A stretch of DNA of 64,000 nucleotides, taken from the NCBI RefSeq assembly GCF_036365525.1, contig NC_090413.1:27976262-28040261 (forward strand). Direction: 5' to 3'. The stretch is from Heterodontus francisci. Lineage: Eukaryota. Positions 36,685 through 49,596 of this stretch are shown here, in pieces. Positions within the stretch are counted from its first letter, which is position 1. The number at the start of each line of letters is the position of its first letter. The notes beneath the pieces are model-generated. The model saw only the letters and a list, made by a program, of their open reading frames with translations. It did not search any database and was not told the DNA's origin. The position numbers were made by a program, and so were the translations under genes.

Positions 36685-37475
36685 CCTATTCATGGATTGT
36701 GGGCATCACTGGCTAGACCAGCATTTATTGCCCATCCTTAATTCCCCTTGGTTTGATACAACTGAATGACTTGCTAGGGTCATTTCAGAGCCAACCACAT
36801 TGCTGTGGGTCTGGAGTCACATGTAGGCCAGACCAGGTAAAGACAGCAGATTACCTTCCCTAAAGGACATTCGTGAACCAGATGGGTTTTTACAACAATT
36901 GACAATGGTTTCATGGCCATCATTAGAGTAGTTTTTAATTCCAGATTTATGAATTGAATTCAAATTTCACCATCTGCTATGGTGGGATTTGAACCCATGT
37001 CCACGGCCTCTGGATTACCAGTTCAGTGACATTGCCACGACACCACCATCTCCCCCTCAAACTGCATATTTCAATTATGTGGACATCACTGGCTAGGCCA
37101 GCATTTATTGCCCATCCCGAATTGCCCTTGAGAAGGTGGTGGTGAGCTGCCTTCTTGAACCACAGTGCTGTTAGGAAGGGAGTTCCAGGATTTTGACCCA
37201 GCGACAGTGAAGGAACAGCGATATAGTTCCAAGTCAGAATGGTGTGTGACTTGGAGGGGAACTTACAGGTGGTGATGTTCCCATGCATTTGCTGCCCTTG
37301 TCCATCTAGTTGGTAGAGGTCACAGGTTTGGAAGGTGCTGTCTAAGGAGTCTTGGTACATTGCTGCAGTGCATCTTGTAGATGGTACGCACTGCTGCCAC
37401 TGTGCGTCGGTGGTGAAGAGAGTGAATGTTTGTGGATGGGGTGCCAATCTAGCGGGCTGCTTTGTCCTAACTGTT
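36685..37475 (-). mobile_element. tRNA-derived SINE (36685-37050) next to a LINE 3' end (37075-37475) with the same tail
   Basis: Both begin on + with ...CATCACTGGCTAG.CCAGCATTTATTGCCCATCC. Confidence 0.75.
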
Positions 37476-37652
37476 CCCGATCTGTACAATACCTGCGAGT
37501 TAGGCTGATGAGGGATCCTTCTCTGTCTGACAGATTTATCTTTGCGATCATCTTTTTGTAGTATCTGTGTTTTAATCTTTTCTTTCTCTCTCTCCCTCCC
37601 CCCTCCCTCCCTCTCTCTCTCTCTCTCTCTCACACGTTCCCTCCTTCTGAAG

Positions 37653-37825
37653 GAGGGCCAGCTAGTGGCAAGGGAACTCAAAGCATGAAAATAGCCGAAC
37701 GTTACGGATTTATTTACATATCAGTGGGGGAGCTCTTGCGGGAAAAGATGCTTCACAACGCAAGTAACAACAGGAAATGGGGCTTGATCGCGAAAATCAT
37801 AACAAACGGAGAGCTGGCACCTCAG
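37653..37825 (+). CDS. AK5-like exon 4 (P-loop)
   Basis: GGPASGKGTQSMKIAERYGFIYISVGELLR...KWGLIAKIITNGELAPQ; 173 nt, phase 1/0. Confidence 0.95.
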
Positions 37826-37919
37826 GTAATGGAGAGTCAGTGATTAGAGAAACATTGCAGCCTGGGCTGAACAATCCCCAGCTCAACAACACTTTGCTCA
37901 ATTTGCTTGACTTATACCA

Positions 37920-38270
37920 ACAACAAAAACAACTTGGATTTATGTAGTGCCTTTATGTATTAGACAAGAGTTGACACTGAGCCACATCAAGGACAGGTGA
38001 CCAAAAGCTTGATCAAAGAGGTCGGTTTTAAAGCCATGTCTTAAAGGCGGAGAGGGTTAGGGAGGGAATTCCGGAGTTTTGGGCCTCGGCAACTGAAGGC
38101 ACGGCCACCAATGGTGGAGGGATTAAAATCAGGGATGTTCATGAGGCCAGAATTTGATGAGTGCAGAGATTGCGGAGAGTGAGGACATGGAGGGATTTGA
38201 AAACAAGGATGAGAATTTTAAAAACGGAGGCGTTGCTTAACTGGGCGACAGTGTAGGTCAGAGAGCACAA
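37920..38270 (-). mobile_element. L2 3' fragment
   Basis: Same family as 28570-29560. Confidence 0.7.
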
Positions 38271-38650
38271 TACACTCAGTGGGTGAGGAGTTACAGGGTG
38301 AATGAGAATTGTTATGACAGGTGGTGAGGCTCAGAGCCTGTGTGTAACTGGGAAGGAGCTGGTGGGAAGGAGTGGGGGGGGGGTTTATTGCTGGGACAGA
38401 TTGACCCGTACAGCAGAGAGGCTGGAGGCTGGAACACGAATGGACTTCCCATCGTGTCCTGATCAAACACCTACCCTAACTCAAGCTCCTCTCTGGTGGT
38501 CAGCGTGCTGAGTTTTTGAAATGATCTTTTCTTCTGTGTTCCACTTGTTACCCTGGTCTGAAACCCCAAATTGAGCCACTGCAAAGCAGCACAAACCTCT
38601 TGACATCTCCTCCCCTCACTGCGGTTTTGTTGCTTCCCTTCCTTGCTCAG

Positions 38651-38764
38651 GAGACAACAATAACTGAGATTAAACAGCAGCTGATGCAGCATCCAGACGC
38701 ACGGGGCTTTGTGATTGACGGTTTCCCACGGGAGGTTTCCCAGGCAATCTGCTTCGATGATCAG
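38651..38764 (+). CDS. AK5-like exon 5
   Basis: ETTITEIKQQLMQHPDARGFVIDGFPREVSQAICFDDQ; 114 nt, phase 0/0. Confidence 0.95.
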
Positions 38765-39024
38765 GTGATGACTTTAGCCAGTCAATCAAGTTTGAAAATA
38801 AACACTTGCATTTCTATAGCGCCTTTCATGACCTCAGGATGTCCCAAAGCGCGTTACAGCCAATGCAGTGCTTTTTGAAATGTATTCACTGTTGTAGTGT
38901 AGGAAAGTGGCAGCAAATCTGTGCACAGCAAGCTCCCACAAACAGCAATGTGATAAATGATTCGATCGTCTGTTTTAGTGACGCTTGTTGAGTAATTAAT
39001 ATTCCCGAGCATTCTATAAGGTGC

Positions 39025-40470
39025 CACATAAAGGTTATTACACAAGATAAGGGCTCATGGTGTTGGGGGTAATATATTAGCATGGATAGAGGATTGGCTA
39101 ACTAACAGGAACCAGAGTCGGGATGAATAGGTCATTTTCAGGTTGGTAAACTAACCAGTGGAGTGCCACAGGGAGCAGTGCTATATTCATGACTTGGATG
39201 AAGGGACTGAGTGTATTGTTGACAATATGAAGATAGTGGGAAAGCAAGTTGTGAGCAGGATACAAAGTGTCTGCACAGGGATACAGATAAGTTAAGTGAG
39301 TGGGCAAAAATTTGGCAGATAGAGCATAATGTGGGAAAATGTGAGGTTGTCCACTTTAGCAGGAAGAATAGAAAGGCAGAATATTAATGAAATGGAGAGA
39401 GACTACAGAATGCTGAGGTACAGAGGGACCTGGGTGTCCTTGTACATGAATCTCAAAAAGTCAGAATGCAGGTACAGCAAGTAATTAGGAAGGCAAATGG
39501 AACGTTGGCCTTTATTGCAAGGGGGGGGGGGGAGGTGGAATGTTTATTTTTATTTTATTTAGAGATACAGCACTGAAACAGGCCCTTCGGCCCACCAGGT
39601 CTGTGCCGACCCATTTATACTAATCCTATATTAATCCCATATTCCCTACCACATCCCCACCATTCTCCTACCACCTACCTATACTAGGGGCAAGTTACAA
39701 TGGCCAATTTACCCATCAACCTGCAAGTCTTTGGCTGTGGGAGGAAACCGGAGCACCCGGCGAAAACCCACGCGGTCACAGGGAGAACTTGCAAACTCCG
39801 CACAGGCAGTACCCAGAACTGAACCCGGGTCGCTGGAGCTGTGAGGCTGCGGTGCTAACCACTGTATAAAAGTAGTGAAGTTTTGCTACAACTGTACAGG
39901 GTATTGGTGAGACTGCACCCATAGTACTGCATACAGTCAATGAAAGAGGGATATACTTGCATTAGAAGCAATTCAGAGAAGGTTCACTTGGTTGATTCCT
40001 GGGATGAAGGGGTTGTCTTATGAGGAAAGGTTGAGCAGATTGTACCTATACTCATTGGAATTTAGAAGAATGAGAGGTGATCTAATTGAACATGTACGAT
40101 TCTGAGCAGACTTGACAGGCTAGATGCTGAGAGGACGTTTCCCTTGTGGGGGAATCTCGAACTAGATGGTACAGATTCAAAATAAGGGGTCTCCCTTTTA
40201 AGATGGAGATGAGGAGGAATTTCTCCTCTCAGAGGGTTGTTAATCTTTGGAATTCTCTTCCCCAGCAAGCATAGGAGGCTGGGTCATTGAATATCTTCAA
40301 GGCTGAGTTAGACAGATTTTTGATCTACAAGGGAGTCCAGGGTTATGGGGGCAGACAGGAAAGTGGAGTTAAGGCCACAATTAGATCAGCCGTGATCTTA
40401 TCGAATGGCGGAACGTGCTCGAGGGGCCGAATGGCCTGCTGCTGCTCCTAATTCGAATGTTCATATTCCC
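39025..40470 (+). mobile_element. Degraded CR1 (3' half of RT) interrupted by a SINE
   Basis: AGTGGAGTGCCACAGGGA, CAGAGGGACCTGGGTGTCC, and tail GGGGCCGAATGGCCT. Confidence 0.85.
39543..39865 (-). mobile_element. HE1/V-SINE-type SINE
   Basis: Reverse complement of the element at 46447-46800. Confidence 0.85.
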
Positions 40471-40560
40471 TTGAACTCTGCAATGATACCATGGGACCTA
40501 TTATAGCATCTGAGAGACTGCCCGTCAATTTAACACCTCATCTAAAAGATGGCACCTACA

Positions 40561-43500
40561 ACAGTGCAGCACTCCCTCAGTACTGACCCTCCGAAAGTGC
40601 AGCACACCCTCAGTCCTGACCCTCTGACAGTGCAGCACTCCCTCAGTCCTAACCCTCCGACAGTGCAGCACTCCCTCAGTACTGACCCTCCGAAAGTGCA
40701 GCACTCCCTCAGTCCTAACCCTCCGACAGTGCAGTACTCCCTCAGTACTGACCCTCCGACAGTTCAGCACTCCCTCAGTACTGACCCTCTGACAGTGCAG
40801 CACTCCCTCAGTCCTGACTCTCCGACAGTGCAGCACTCCCTCAGTCCTGACCCTCCGACAGTGCAGCACTCCCTCAGTACTCACCCTCCGACAGTGCAGC
40901 ACTCCCTCAGTCCTGACTCTCCGACAGTGCAGCACTCTCTCAGTACTGACCCTCCAACAGTGCAGCACTCCCTCAGTACTGACTCTCCGACAGTGCAGCA
41001 CTCCCTCAGTCCTGACCCTCCGACAGTGCAGCACTCCCTCAGTCCTGACCCTCCGACAGTGCAGCACTCCCTCAGTCCTGACCCTCCGACAGTGCAGCAC
41101 TCCCTCAGTACTCACCCTCCGACAGTGCAGCACTCCCTCAGTCCTGATCCTCCGACAGTGCAGCATTCCCTCAGTACTCGCCCTCCGACAGTGCAGCACC
41201 CCCTCAGTCCTGACTCTCTGACAGTGCAGCACTCCTTCAGTACTCACCCTCCGACAGTTCAGCACTCCCTCAGTACTCACCCTCCGACAGTGCAGCACTC
41301 ACTCAGTCCTGACTCTTCGACAGTGCAGCACTCCCTAAATCCTGACCCTCCGACAGTGCAGCACTCCCTCAGTACTCACCCTCCAACAGTGCAGCACTCC
41401 CTTAGTACTCACCCTCCAACAGTGCAGCACTCCCTCAGTACTGACCCTCCAACAGTGCAGCACTCCCTCAGTACTCACCCTCCGACAGTGCAGCACTCCC
41501 TCAGTCCTGACCCTCCGACAGTGCAGCACTCCCTCAGTCCTGACTCTCTGACAGTGCAGCACTCCCTCAGTCCTGACCCTCCGACAGTGCAGCACTCCCT
41601 CAGTACTCACCCTCCAACAGTGCAGCACTCCCTAAGTCCTGACCCTCCGACAGTGCAGCACTCCCTCAGTACTCACCCTCCAACAGTGCAGCACTCCCTC
41701 AGTACTCACCCTCCAACAGTGCAGCACTCCCTCAGTACTCACCCTCCGACAGTGCAGCACTCCCTCAGTACTGACCCTCCGACAGTGCAGCACTCCCTCA
41801 GTACTGACCCTCCAACAGTGCAGCACTCCCTCAGTACTGACCCTCTGACAGTGCAGCACTCCCTCAGTCCTGACCCTCCGACAATGCAGCACTCCCTCAG
41901 TCCTGATCCTCCGACAGTGTAGCACTCCCTCAATACTGACCCTGCGACAGTGCAGCACTCCCTCAGTACTCACCCTCCGACAGTGCTGCACTCCCTCAGT
42001 ACTCACCCTCCAACAGTGCAGCATTCCCTCAGTACTTACCCTCCGACAGTGCTGCACTCCCTCAGTACTTACCCTCCGACAGTGCAGCACTCCCTCAGTA
42101 CTCACCCTCTGACAGTGCAGCACTCCCTCAGTACTCACCCTCTGACAGTGCAGCACTCCCTGAGTACTCACCCTCCGACAGTGCAGCACTCCCTCAGTAC
42201 TCACCCTCCAACAGTGCAGCACTCCCTCAGTACTCACCCTCCGACAGTGCAGCACTCCCTCAGTCCTGATCCTCCGACAGTGTAGCACTTCCTCAATACT
42301 GACCCTGCGACAGTGCAGCACTCCCTCAGTACTCACCCTCCGACAGTGCAGCATTCCCTCAGTACTTACCCTCCGACAGTGCTGCACTCCCTCAGTACTT
42401 ACCCTCCGACAGTGCAGCACTCCCTCAGTACTCACCCTCTGACAGTGCAGCACTCCCTCAGTACTCACCCTCTGACAGTGCAGCACTCCCTCAGTACTCA
42501 CCCTCCGACAGTGCAGCACTCCCTCAGTACTCACCCTCCAACAGTGCAGCACTCCCTCAGTACTCACCCTCCGACAGTGCAGCACTCCCTCAGTACTCAC
42601 CCTCCGACAGTGCAGCACTCCCTCAGTCCTGATCCTCCGACAGTGCAGCATTCCCTCAGTACTCGCCCTCCGACAGTGCAGCACCCCCTCAGTCCTGACT
42701 CTCTGACAGTGCAGCACTCCCTCAGTACTCACCCTCCGACAGTTCAGCACTCCCTCAGTACTCACCCTCCGACAGTGCAGCACTCACTCAGTCCTGACTC
42801 TTCGACAGTGCAGCACTCCCTAAGTCCTGACCCTCCGACAGTGCAGCACTCCCTCAGTACTCACCCTCCAACAGTGCAGCACTCCCTCAGTACTGACCCT
42901 CCGACAGTGCAGCACTCCCTCAGTCCTGACTCTCTGACAGTGCAGCACTCCCTCAGTCCTGACCCTCCGACAGTGCAGCACTCCCTCAGTACTCACCCTC
43001 CAACAGTGCAGCACTCCCTAAGTCCTGACCCTCCGACAGTGCAGCACTCCCTCAGTACTCACCCTCCAACAGTGCAGCACTCCCTTAGTACTCACCCTCC
43101 AACAGTGCAGCACTCCCTCAGTACTCACCCTCCGACAGTGCAGCACTCCCTCAGTACTGACCCTCCGACAGTGCAGCACTCCCTCAGTACTGACCCTCCG
43201 ACAGTGCAGCACTCCCTCAGTACTGACCCTCCAACAGTGCAGCACTCCCTCAGTACTGACCCTCCGACAGTGCAGCACTCCCTCAGTCCTGACCCTCCGA
43301 CAATGCAGCACTCCCTCAGTCCTGATCCTCCGACAGTGTAGCACTCCCTCAATACTGACCCTGCGACAGTGCAGCACTCCCTCAGTACTCACCCTCCGAC
43401 AGTGCTGCACTCCCTCAGTACTCACCCTCCGACAGTGCAGCATTCCCTCAGTACTTACCCTCCGACAGTGCTGCACTCCCTCAGTACTTGCCCTCCGACA

Positions 43501-44088
43501 GTGCAGCACTCCCTCAGTACTCACCCTCTGACAGTGCAGCACTCCCTCAGTACTCACCCTCTGACAGTGCAGCACTCCCTCAGTACTCACCCTCTGACAG
43601 TGCAGCACTCCCTCAGTACTCACCCTCCGACAGTGCAGCACTCCCTCAGTACTCACCCTCCAACAGTGCAGCACTCCCTCAGTACTCACCCTCCAACAGT
43701 GCAGCACTCCCTCAGTACTCACCCTCCAACAGTGCAGCACTCCCTCAGTACTCACCCTCCGACAGTGCAGCACTCCTTCAGTACTCACCCTCCGACAGTG
43801 CAGCACTCCCTCAGTACTCACCCTCCAACAGTGCAGCACTCCCTCAGTACTCACCCTCCGACAGTGCAGCACTCCTTCAGTACTCACCCTCCGACAGTGC
43901 AGCACTCCCTCAGTACTCACCCTCCGACAGTGCAGCACTCCCTCAGTACTCACCCTCTGACAGTGCAGCACTCCCTCAGTACTCACCCTCTGACAGTGCA
44001 GCACTCCCTCAGTACTCACCCTCCGACAGTGCAGCACTCCCTCAGTACTCACCCTCCGACAGTGCAGCACTCCCTCAGTACTGACCCT
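40561..44088. repeat. 33-bp minisatellite, about 107 copies
   Basis: Unit ACAGTGCAGCACTCCCTCAGTACT(G/C)ACCCTCCG. It is the source of the spurious TVQHSLSTHPP / EGVLHCRRVST ORFs. Confidence 0.97.
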
Positions 44089-44323
44089 GCCGTGTTGTTT
44101 CGGGTTGCGGGCAGATGTTTCTGGATTTCAATGTACAGATACCCTCGCGTCACTGGTCAGATTGCAACCAACTAAAGCCAAACTGATTGGTCACTGCTTG
44201 ATCAGTTCCAGTCTGATAGCCAGAGAACTGCAGGAATTAAATTCAGGCGGATATGAATCAATATGAACATTTTTGAGTTATGTATCAAACATTTGATTCT
44301 AATTTTGGAGTCTTTGCCCTCAG

Positions 44324-44512
44324 ATTTGTGTGCCCGACCTGGTGATATTCCTGGCCTGTGCCAACTGCAGGCTGAGGGAGCGGCTGCAGAAACGGGCAGA
44401 GGAAGGACGACCTGACAACAATCCCAAAGCAATTCACCGTCGCCTCGTCACCTTCAAGCAAAACGCTGTGCCATTGGTCCAATATTATCAGGAGAAAAGC
44501 CTAATTGTAACG
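44324..44512 (+). CDS. AK5-like exon 6 (LID region)
   Basis: ICVPDLVIFLACANCRLRERLQKRAEEGRPDNNPKAIHRRLVTFKQNAVPLVQYYQEKSLIVT; 189 nt, phase 0/0. Confidence 0.95.
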
Positions 44513-44524
44513 GTGGGTTCCTGG

Positions 44525-45500
44525 CAATCACGAGAATCTAACAGCACAGAATGAGGCCATTCACCCATCATGCCCCTGCTGGCTCTTTGAAAGAGCTTTC
44601 TAATTCGTCTCAATACCCAGCCCTTTCCAAACAGCCCTGTCACTTTCTCTCCTTCAAGTATCACAGAATCGTTACAGTGCAGGAGGCCATTCGGCCCATC
44701 GTGTCCGCACCGGCTCTCTGAAAGAGCAATTCACTCATTTCCATTCCTCCGCCTTCTCTCCATAACCCTGCACAGGCTTCCTTTTCATATAACTGTCTAA
44801 TTCCCTTTTGAATGCATTTGAACTTGCCGCCACCACACTCTCAGGCAGCGCATTCCAGATCTTAACCACTCGCTGTGTGAAAAAGTTTTTCCTCATGTCA
44901 CCTTTGCTTCTCTTACCAAATACTTTAAATCTGTGCCCTCTCGTTCTTGATCCTTTCACGAGTGGGAACAGTTTCTCTCTATCTACTCTGTCCAGACCCC
45001 TCATGATTTTGAATACCTCGATCAAATCATCTCTCAGCCTTCTCTTCTCCAAGGAAAACAGTCCTCACTTCTCCAGTCTATCTTCATAACTGAAATTCCT
45101 CATCCCTGGAACCATTCCCGTGAATCTTTTCTGCATTCTCGCCAATGCCCTCATGTCTTTCCTAAAGTGCAGTTCAAGGATTTCTCCAATTCCCTTTTGA
45201 AAGTTACAATTGAATCTGCTTCCACTGCCCTTTCAGGCAGCGCGTTCCAGATCACAGCAACTCACTGCGTAAAAGATGATTCCTCTTCTTCTTCTCTCGT
45301 TCTTTTGCCAATTCCTTAAATCTGTGTGCTCTGGTGACTGACCGTCCTGCCAGTAAAACCGTTTCTCCTTATTTACTCTGTCAAAATCTCTCATAATTTT
45401 GAACACCTCGATTAAATCTCTCTTTAATTACCCCTGCTTCAGGAGAACAGCCTCAACTTCTCCAGTCTCTCCACAGAACTGAAATTCCTTTGGTCCCACA
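44525..45500 (-). mobile_element. Nested CR1 3' ends
   Basis: A younger copy at about 44660-45170 (ORF EKRRLRDDLIEVFK...FFTQRVVKIWNALP) sits inside an older copy. Confidence 0.8.
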
Positions 45501-46446
45501 GATCTCATAGAAGAATCATAGAAATTTACAGCACAAAAGGAGGCCATTGGGCCCATTGTCTCCATGCTGGCCGACAAGGAGCTATCCAACCTAATCCCAC
45601 TTCCCAGCTCTTGCTCCGTGGTCTTGTAGGTTATGGCACTTCAGGTGCATATCCAAATATTTTTTCAATGTTGTAAGGGTTTCTTCCTCTACCACCCTTT
45701 CAGACAGCGATTTCCAGATCCCTACCAACCTCTGCATTAAAAAACTTTCCCCTCGAATCTCCTCTAAACCTCCGACCTGTTACCCTAAACCTATGCCCCG
45801 TGGTTATGGACCTCCTCAAACAAAGGAAATAGGGCCTTTCTATCCATTCTATCCAGACCCCTCATGATTTTATGCACTTCATTTAGGTCTCCCCTCAGCC
45901 TCCTCTGTTCCAAGCAAAATAACTAAAATTCTCTATTCCAGGCAACATCCTCATAAATCTCCTCTGTACCCTCTCAACTGCAATCACATCTTTCCAATAG
46001 TGTGGAGATCAAAACAGCTGGCAGTACTCAAGCTGTAGCCTAACTAGTGTTTTATACCGTTCCAACATAACTTTCCAGCTCCAAAATTCTATGTCTTAGC
46101 GAATAAAGGCAAGTATCCCATGTGCCTTCTTGACCACCTTCAGGATCTGTGGACACGCTTCCCAAGGTCCCTCTGTTGCTCTACACTTCTCAAAATCCGA
46201 CCATTTATTGTGTATTCCCATGCCTTGTTAGCTTTCCCCAAATGCATGACCTCACACTTCTCTAGATTGAACTCCATTTGCCACTGTTCCAGTCACCTGA
46301 CTCATCCATTGATATCTTCCTGCAGCCTACAGCTTTCTTCATGGTCAATCACACAGCCAATTTTTATATCATCTGCACTCTTCTTACATTCAGTGTACCC
46401 CCTACATTCAAGTCTAAATCATTGATTATCTACCACAGTGGTGGCA

Positions 46447-46800
46447 GGGCGGCACAGTGCCGCAGTGGTTAGCACCGCAGCCTCACAGCTCCAGCGACCC
46501 GGGTTCAATTCTGGGTACTGCCTGTGTGGAGTTTGTAAGTTCTCCCTGTGTCTGCGTGGGTTTCCTCTGGGTGCTCCGGTTTCCTCCCACAGCCAAAAGA
46601 CTTGCAGGTTGATAGGTAAATTGGCCATTATAAATTGCCCCTAGTATAGGTAGGTGGTAGAGAAATATAGGGACAGTTGGGGATGTGGTAAGAATATGGA
46701 ATTAGTGTAGGATTAGTATAAATGGGTGGTTGATGGTCGGCACAGACTTGGTGGGCCGAAGGGCCTGTTTCAGTGCTGTATCTCTAACTAACTAACTAAC
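46447..46800 (+). mobile_element. HE1/V-SINE-type SINE
   Basis: tRNA-like head with GGTTCAATTC, V-domain GTGGAGTTTG...GGTGCTCCGGTTTCCTCCCACA, CR1-like tail GGGCCGAAGGGCCTGTTTC, and a (TAAC)n end. Confidence 0.9.
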
Positions 46801-47109
46801 AAAAAGCAAGGGATCTAGTACTGAGCCCTGTGGAAGCACACTGGAAACAGACTTCCAGTCACAAAGACACCCATTGACCATTACCCTTTGCTTCCTGTGC
46901 CTGAGCCAATTTTGGATCCAACTTGCCATTTTGCCTTAGATTGCATGGGCTTTTGTTTTTGTGACAAGTCTGCTATGTGGGACCTTATCAAAAGCCTTGC
47001 TAAAATCCATATAGGCTGCATCGAATGCACTACCCTCATCAACCCTCCTTGTTACCTACTCAAAAAAGTCAGACACAATCTCTCCTGAACAAATCTTTGC
47101 TGAATTTTG

Positions 47110-47480
47110 TTTTATTTGTGTGTGAGATGTGGGCATCACTGGCTTGACCAGCATTTATTGCCCATCCCTAACTGCTCTTGAACTGAATGGCTTGCTAGGC
47201 CATTTCAGAGGGCAGTTAAGAGTCAACCACATTGCTGTGGATCTGGATTTACATGTAGGCCTGACCAGGTAAGGACAGCAGATTTCCTTCCCTAAAGGAC
47301 ATTAGTGAACCAGATGGGTTTTTACATCAATCAACAATGGTTTCATGGTCACCATTAGACTAGCTTTTTAATTGAATTCAAATTTCACCATCTGCTGTGA
47401 TGGGATTCGAACCCATGTCCTCAGAGCATTAGCCTGGTTTTGGATTAGTAGTCCAGAGACATTACCACCACGCCACTATT
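47110..47480 (-). mobile_element. tRNA-derived SINE (same family as 13485 and 36685)
   Basis: B box on the minus strand GGTTCGAATCCC; shared body and tail. Confidence 0.75.
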
Positions 47481-48024
47481 TCCCCTGCCTTTGTTTTATC
47501 TGTGTCTCTCTAAATGAAGATTTATCCTGTCCATCAGATTTTTTTCCAATCATTTTCCAACCACCAAGGTTGAACTGGCCTGTAATTACTCAGTCTATCT
47601 CTTTCTCCCTTTTTAAACAATGGTAAAATGTTAGTTGTCCTCTCGTCCTCTGGCATTACACCTGTAGCCAGGGAGGATTGAAAAATGATGATCAGAGCCT
47701 CCACTATTTCTTCTCTTGCTTCCCTTAACAGCCTAGGATACATTTCATCCAGGCCTGGGGACTTATCCACTTTCATGGATGTTAAACCCCTTAATACTTC
47801 CTCTCCCACTATGGAAATTGCATCTAATATTTCAACTCTTCCTCCCTGATTTCACTGTTAATATTGTCCCTCTTTTGTGAAAATAGATGTAAGATATTCA
47901 TTAAGAACCATAACCAATGTCTTCTGCACCCACACACAGGTTCCCCTTATAGTCCCTACTCTTTCTTTAGGTATCCACCTGTTCTTTACGTATTTATAAA
48001 AAATCTTTGAGTTTTCCTTGATAT

Positions 48025-49596
48025 TACCGTGGAATCTCCCTGCTCAGCATAGTGGGGAAAGTCTTTGCTCGAGTCGCTCTGAACAGGCTCCAGAAGCTGG
48101 CCGAGCGTGTCTACCCTGAGGCACAGTGTGGCTTTCGTGCAGAGAGATCGACCGTTGACATGCTGTTCTCCCTTCGTCAGATACAGGAGAAATGCCGTGA
48201 ACAACAGATGCCCCTCTACATTGCTTTCATTGATCTCACCAAAGCCTTTGACCTCGTCAGCAGACGTGGTCTCTTCAGACTACTAGAAAAGATCGGATGT
48301 CCACCAAAGCTACTAAGTATCATCACCTCATTCCATGACAATATGAAAGGCACAATTCAACATGGTGGCTCCTCATCAGAGCCCTTTCCTATCCTGAGTG
48401 GTGTGAAACAGGGCTGTGTTCTCGCACCCACACTTTTTGGGATTTTCTTCTCCCTGCTGCTTTCACATGCGTTCAAGTCCTCTGAAGAAGGAATTTTCCT
48501 CCACACAAGATCAGGGGGCTGGTTGTTCAACCTTGCCCGTCTAAGAGCGAAGTCCAAAGTACGGAAAGTCCTCATCAGAGAACTCCTCTTTGCTGACGAT
48601 GCTGCTTTAACATCTCACACTGAAGAGTGCCTGCAGAGTCTCATCGACAGGTTTGCAGCTGCCTGCAATGAATTTGGCCTAACCATCAGCCTCAAGAAAA
48701 CGAACATCATGGGGCAGGACGTCAGAAATGCTCCATCCATCAATATTGGCGACCACGCTCTGGAGGTGGTTCAAGAGTTCACCTACCTAGGCTCAACTAT
48801 CACCAGTAACCTGTCTCTAGATGCAGAAATCAACAAGCGCATGGGTAAGGCTTCCACTGCTATGTCCAGACTGGCCAAGAGAGTGTGGGAAAATGGCGCA
48901 CTGACACGGAACACAAAAGTCCGAGTGTATCAGGCCTGTGTCCTCAGTACCTTGCTCTACGGCAGCGAGGCCTGGACAATGTATGCCAGCCAAGAGAGAC
49001 GTCTCAATTCATTCCATCTTCGCTGCCTTCGGAGAATACTTGGCATCAGGTGGCAGGACTATATCTCCAACACAGAAGTCCTTGAAGCGGCCAACACCCC
49101 CAGCTTATACACACTACTGAGTCAGCGGCGCTTGAGATGGCTTGGCCATGTGAGCCGCATGGAAGATGGCAGGATCCCCAAAGACACATTGTACAGCGAG
49201 CTCGCCACTGGTATCAGACCCACCGGCCGTCCATGTCTCCGCTATAAAGACGTCTGCAAACACGACATGAAATCGTGTGACATTGATCACAAGTCGTGGG
49301 AGTCAGTTGCCAGCATTCGCCAGAGCTGGCGGGCAGCCATAAAGACAGGGCTAAATTGTGGCGAGTCGAAGAGACTTAGTAGTTGGCAGGAAAAAAGACA
49401 GAGGCGCAAGGGGAGAGCCAACTGTGCAACAGCCCCGACAAACAAATTTCTCTGCAGCACCTGTGGAAGAGCCTGTCACTCCAGAATTGGCCTTTATAGC
49501 CACTCCAGGCGCTGCTTCACAAACCACTGACCACCTCCAGGCGCGTATCCATTGTCTCTCGAGATAAGGAGGCCCAAAAGAAAGAAAAAGAAAGAA
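48025..49596 (+). mobile_element. 5'-truncated RTE-clade LINE with an uninterrupted RT frame
   Basis: YRGISLLS, QCGFR, FIDLTKAFD, GVKQGCVLAP, LLFADD, FTYLGS, RLRWLGHV, a C-terminal CxxC..H...C finger, stop at 49530, short 3'UTR and an (AAAG)n tail. Confidence 0.95.

Noticed and set aside
40525-44175. Long ORFs (TVQHSLSTHPP)n and (EGVLHCRRVST)n
   Set aside because: These translate a 33-bp intronic repeat that is open on both strands and derived from a SINE.
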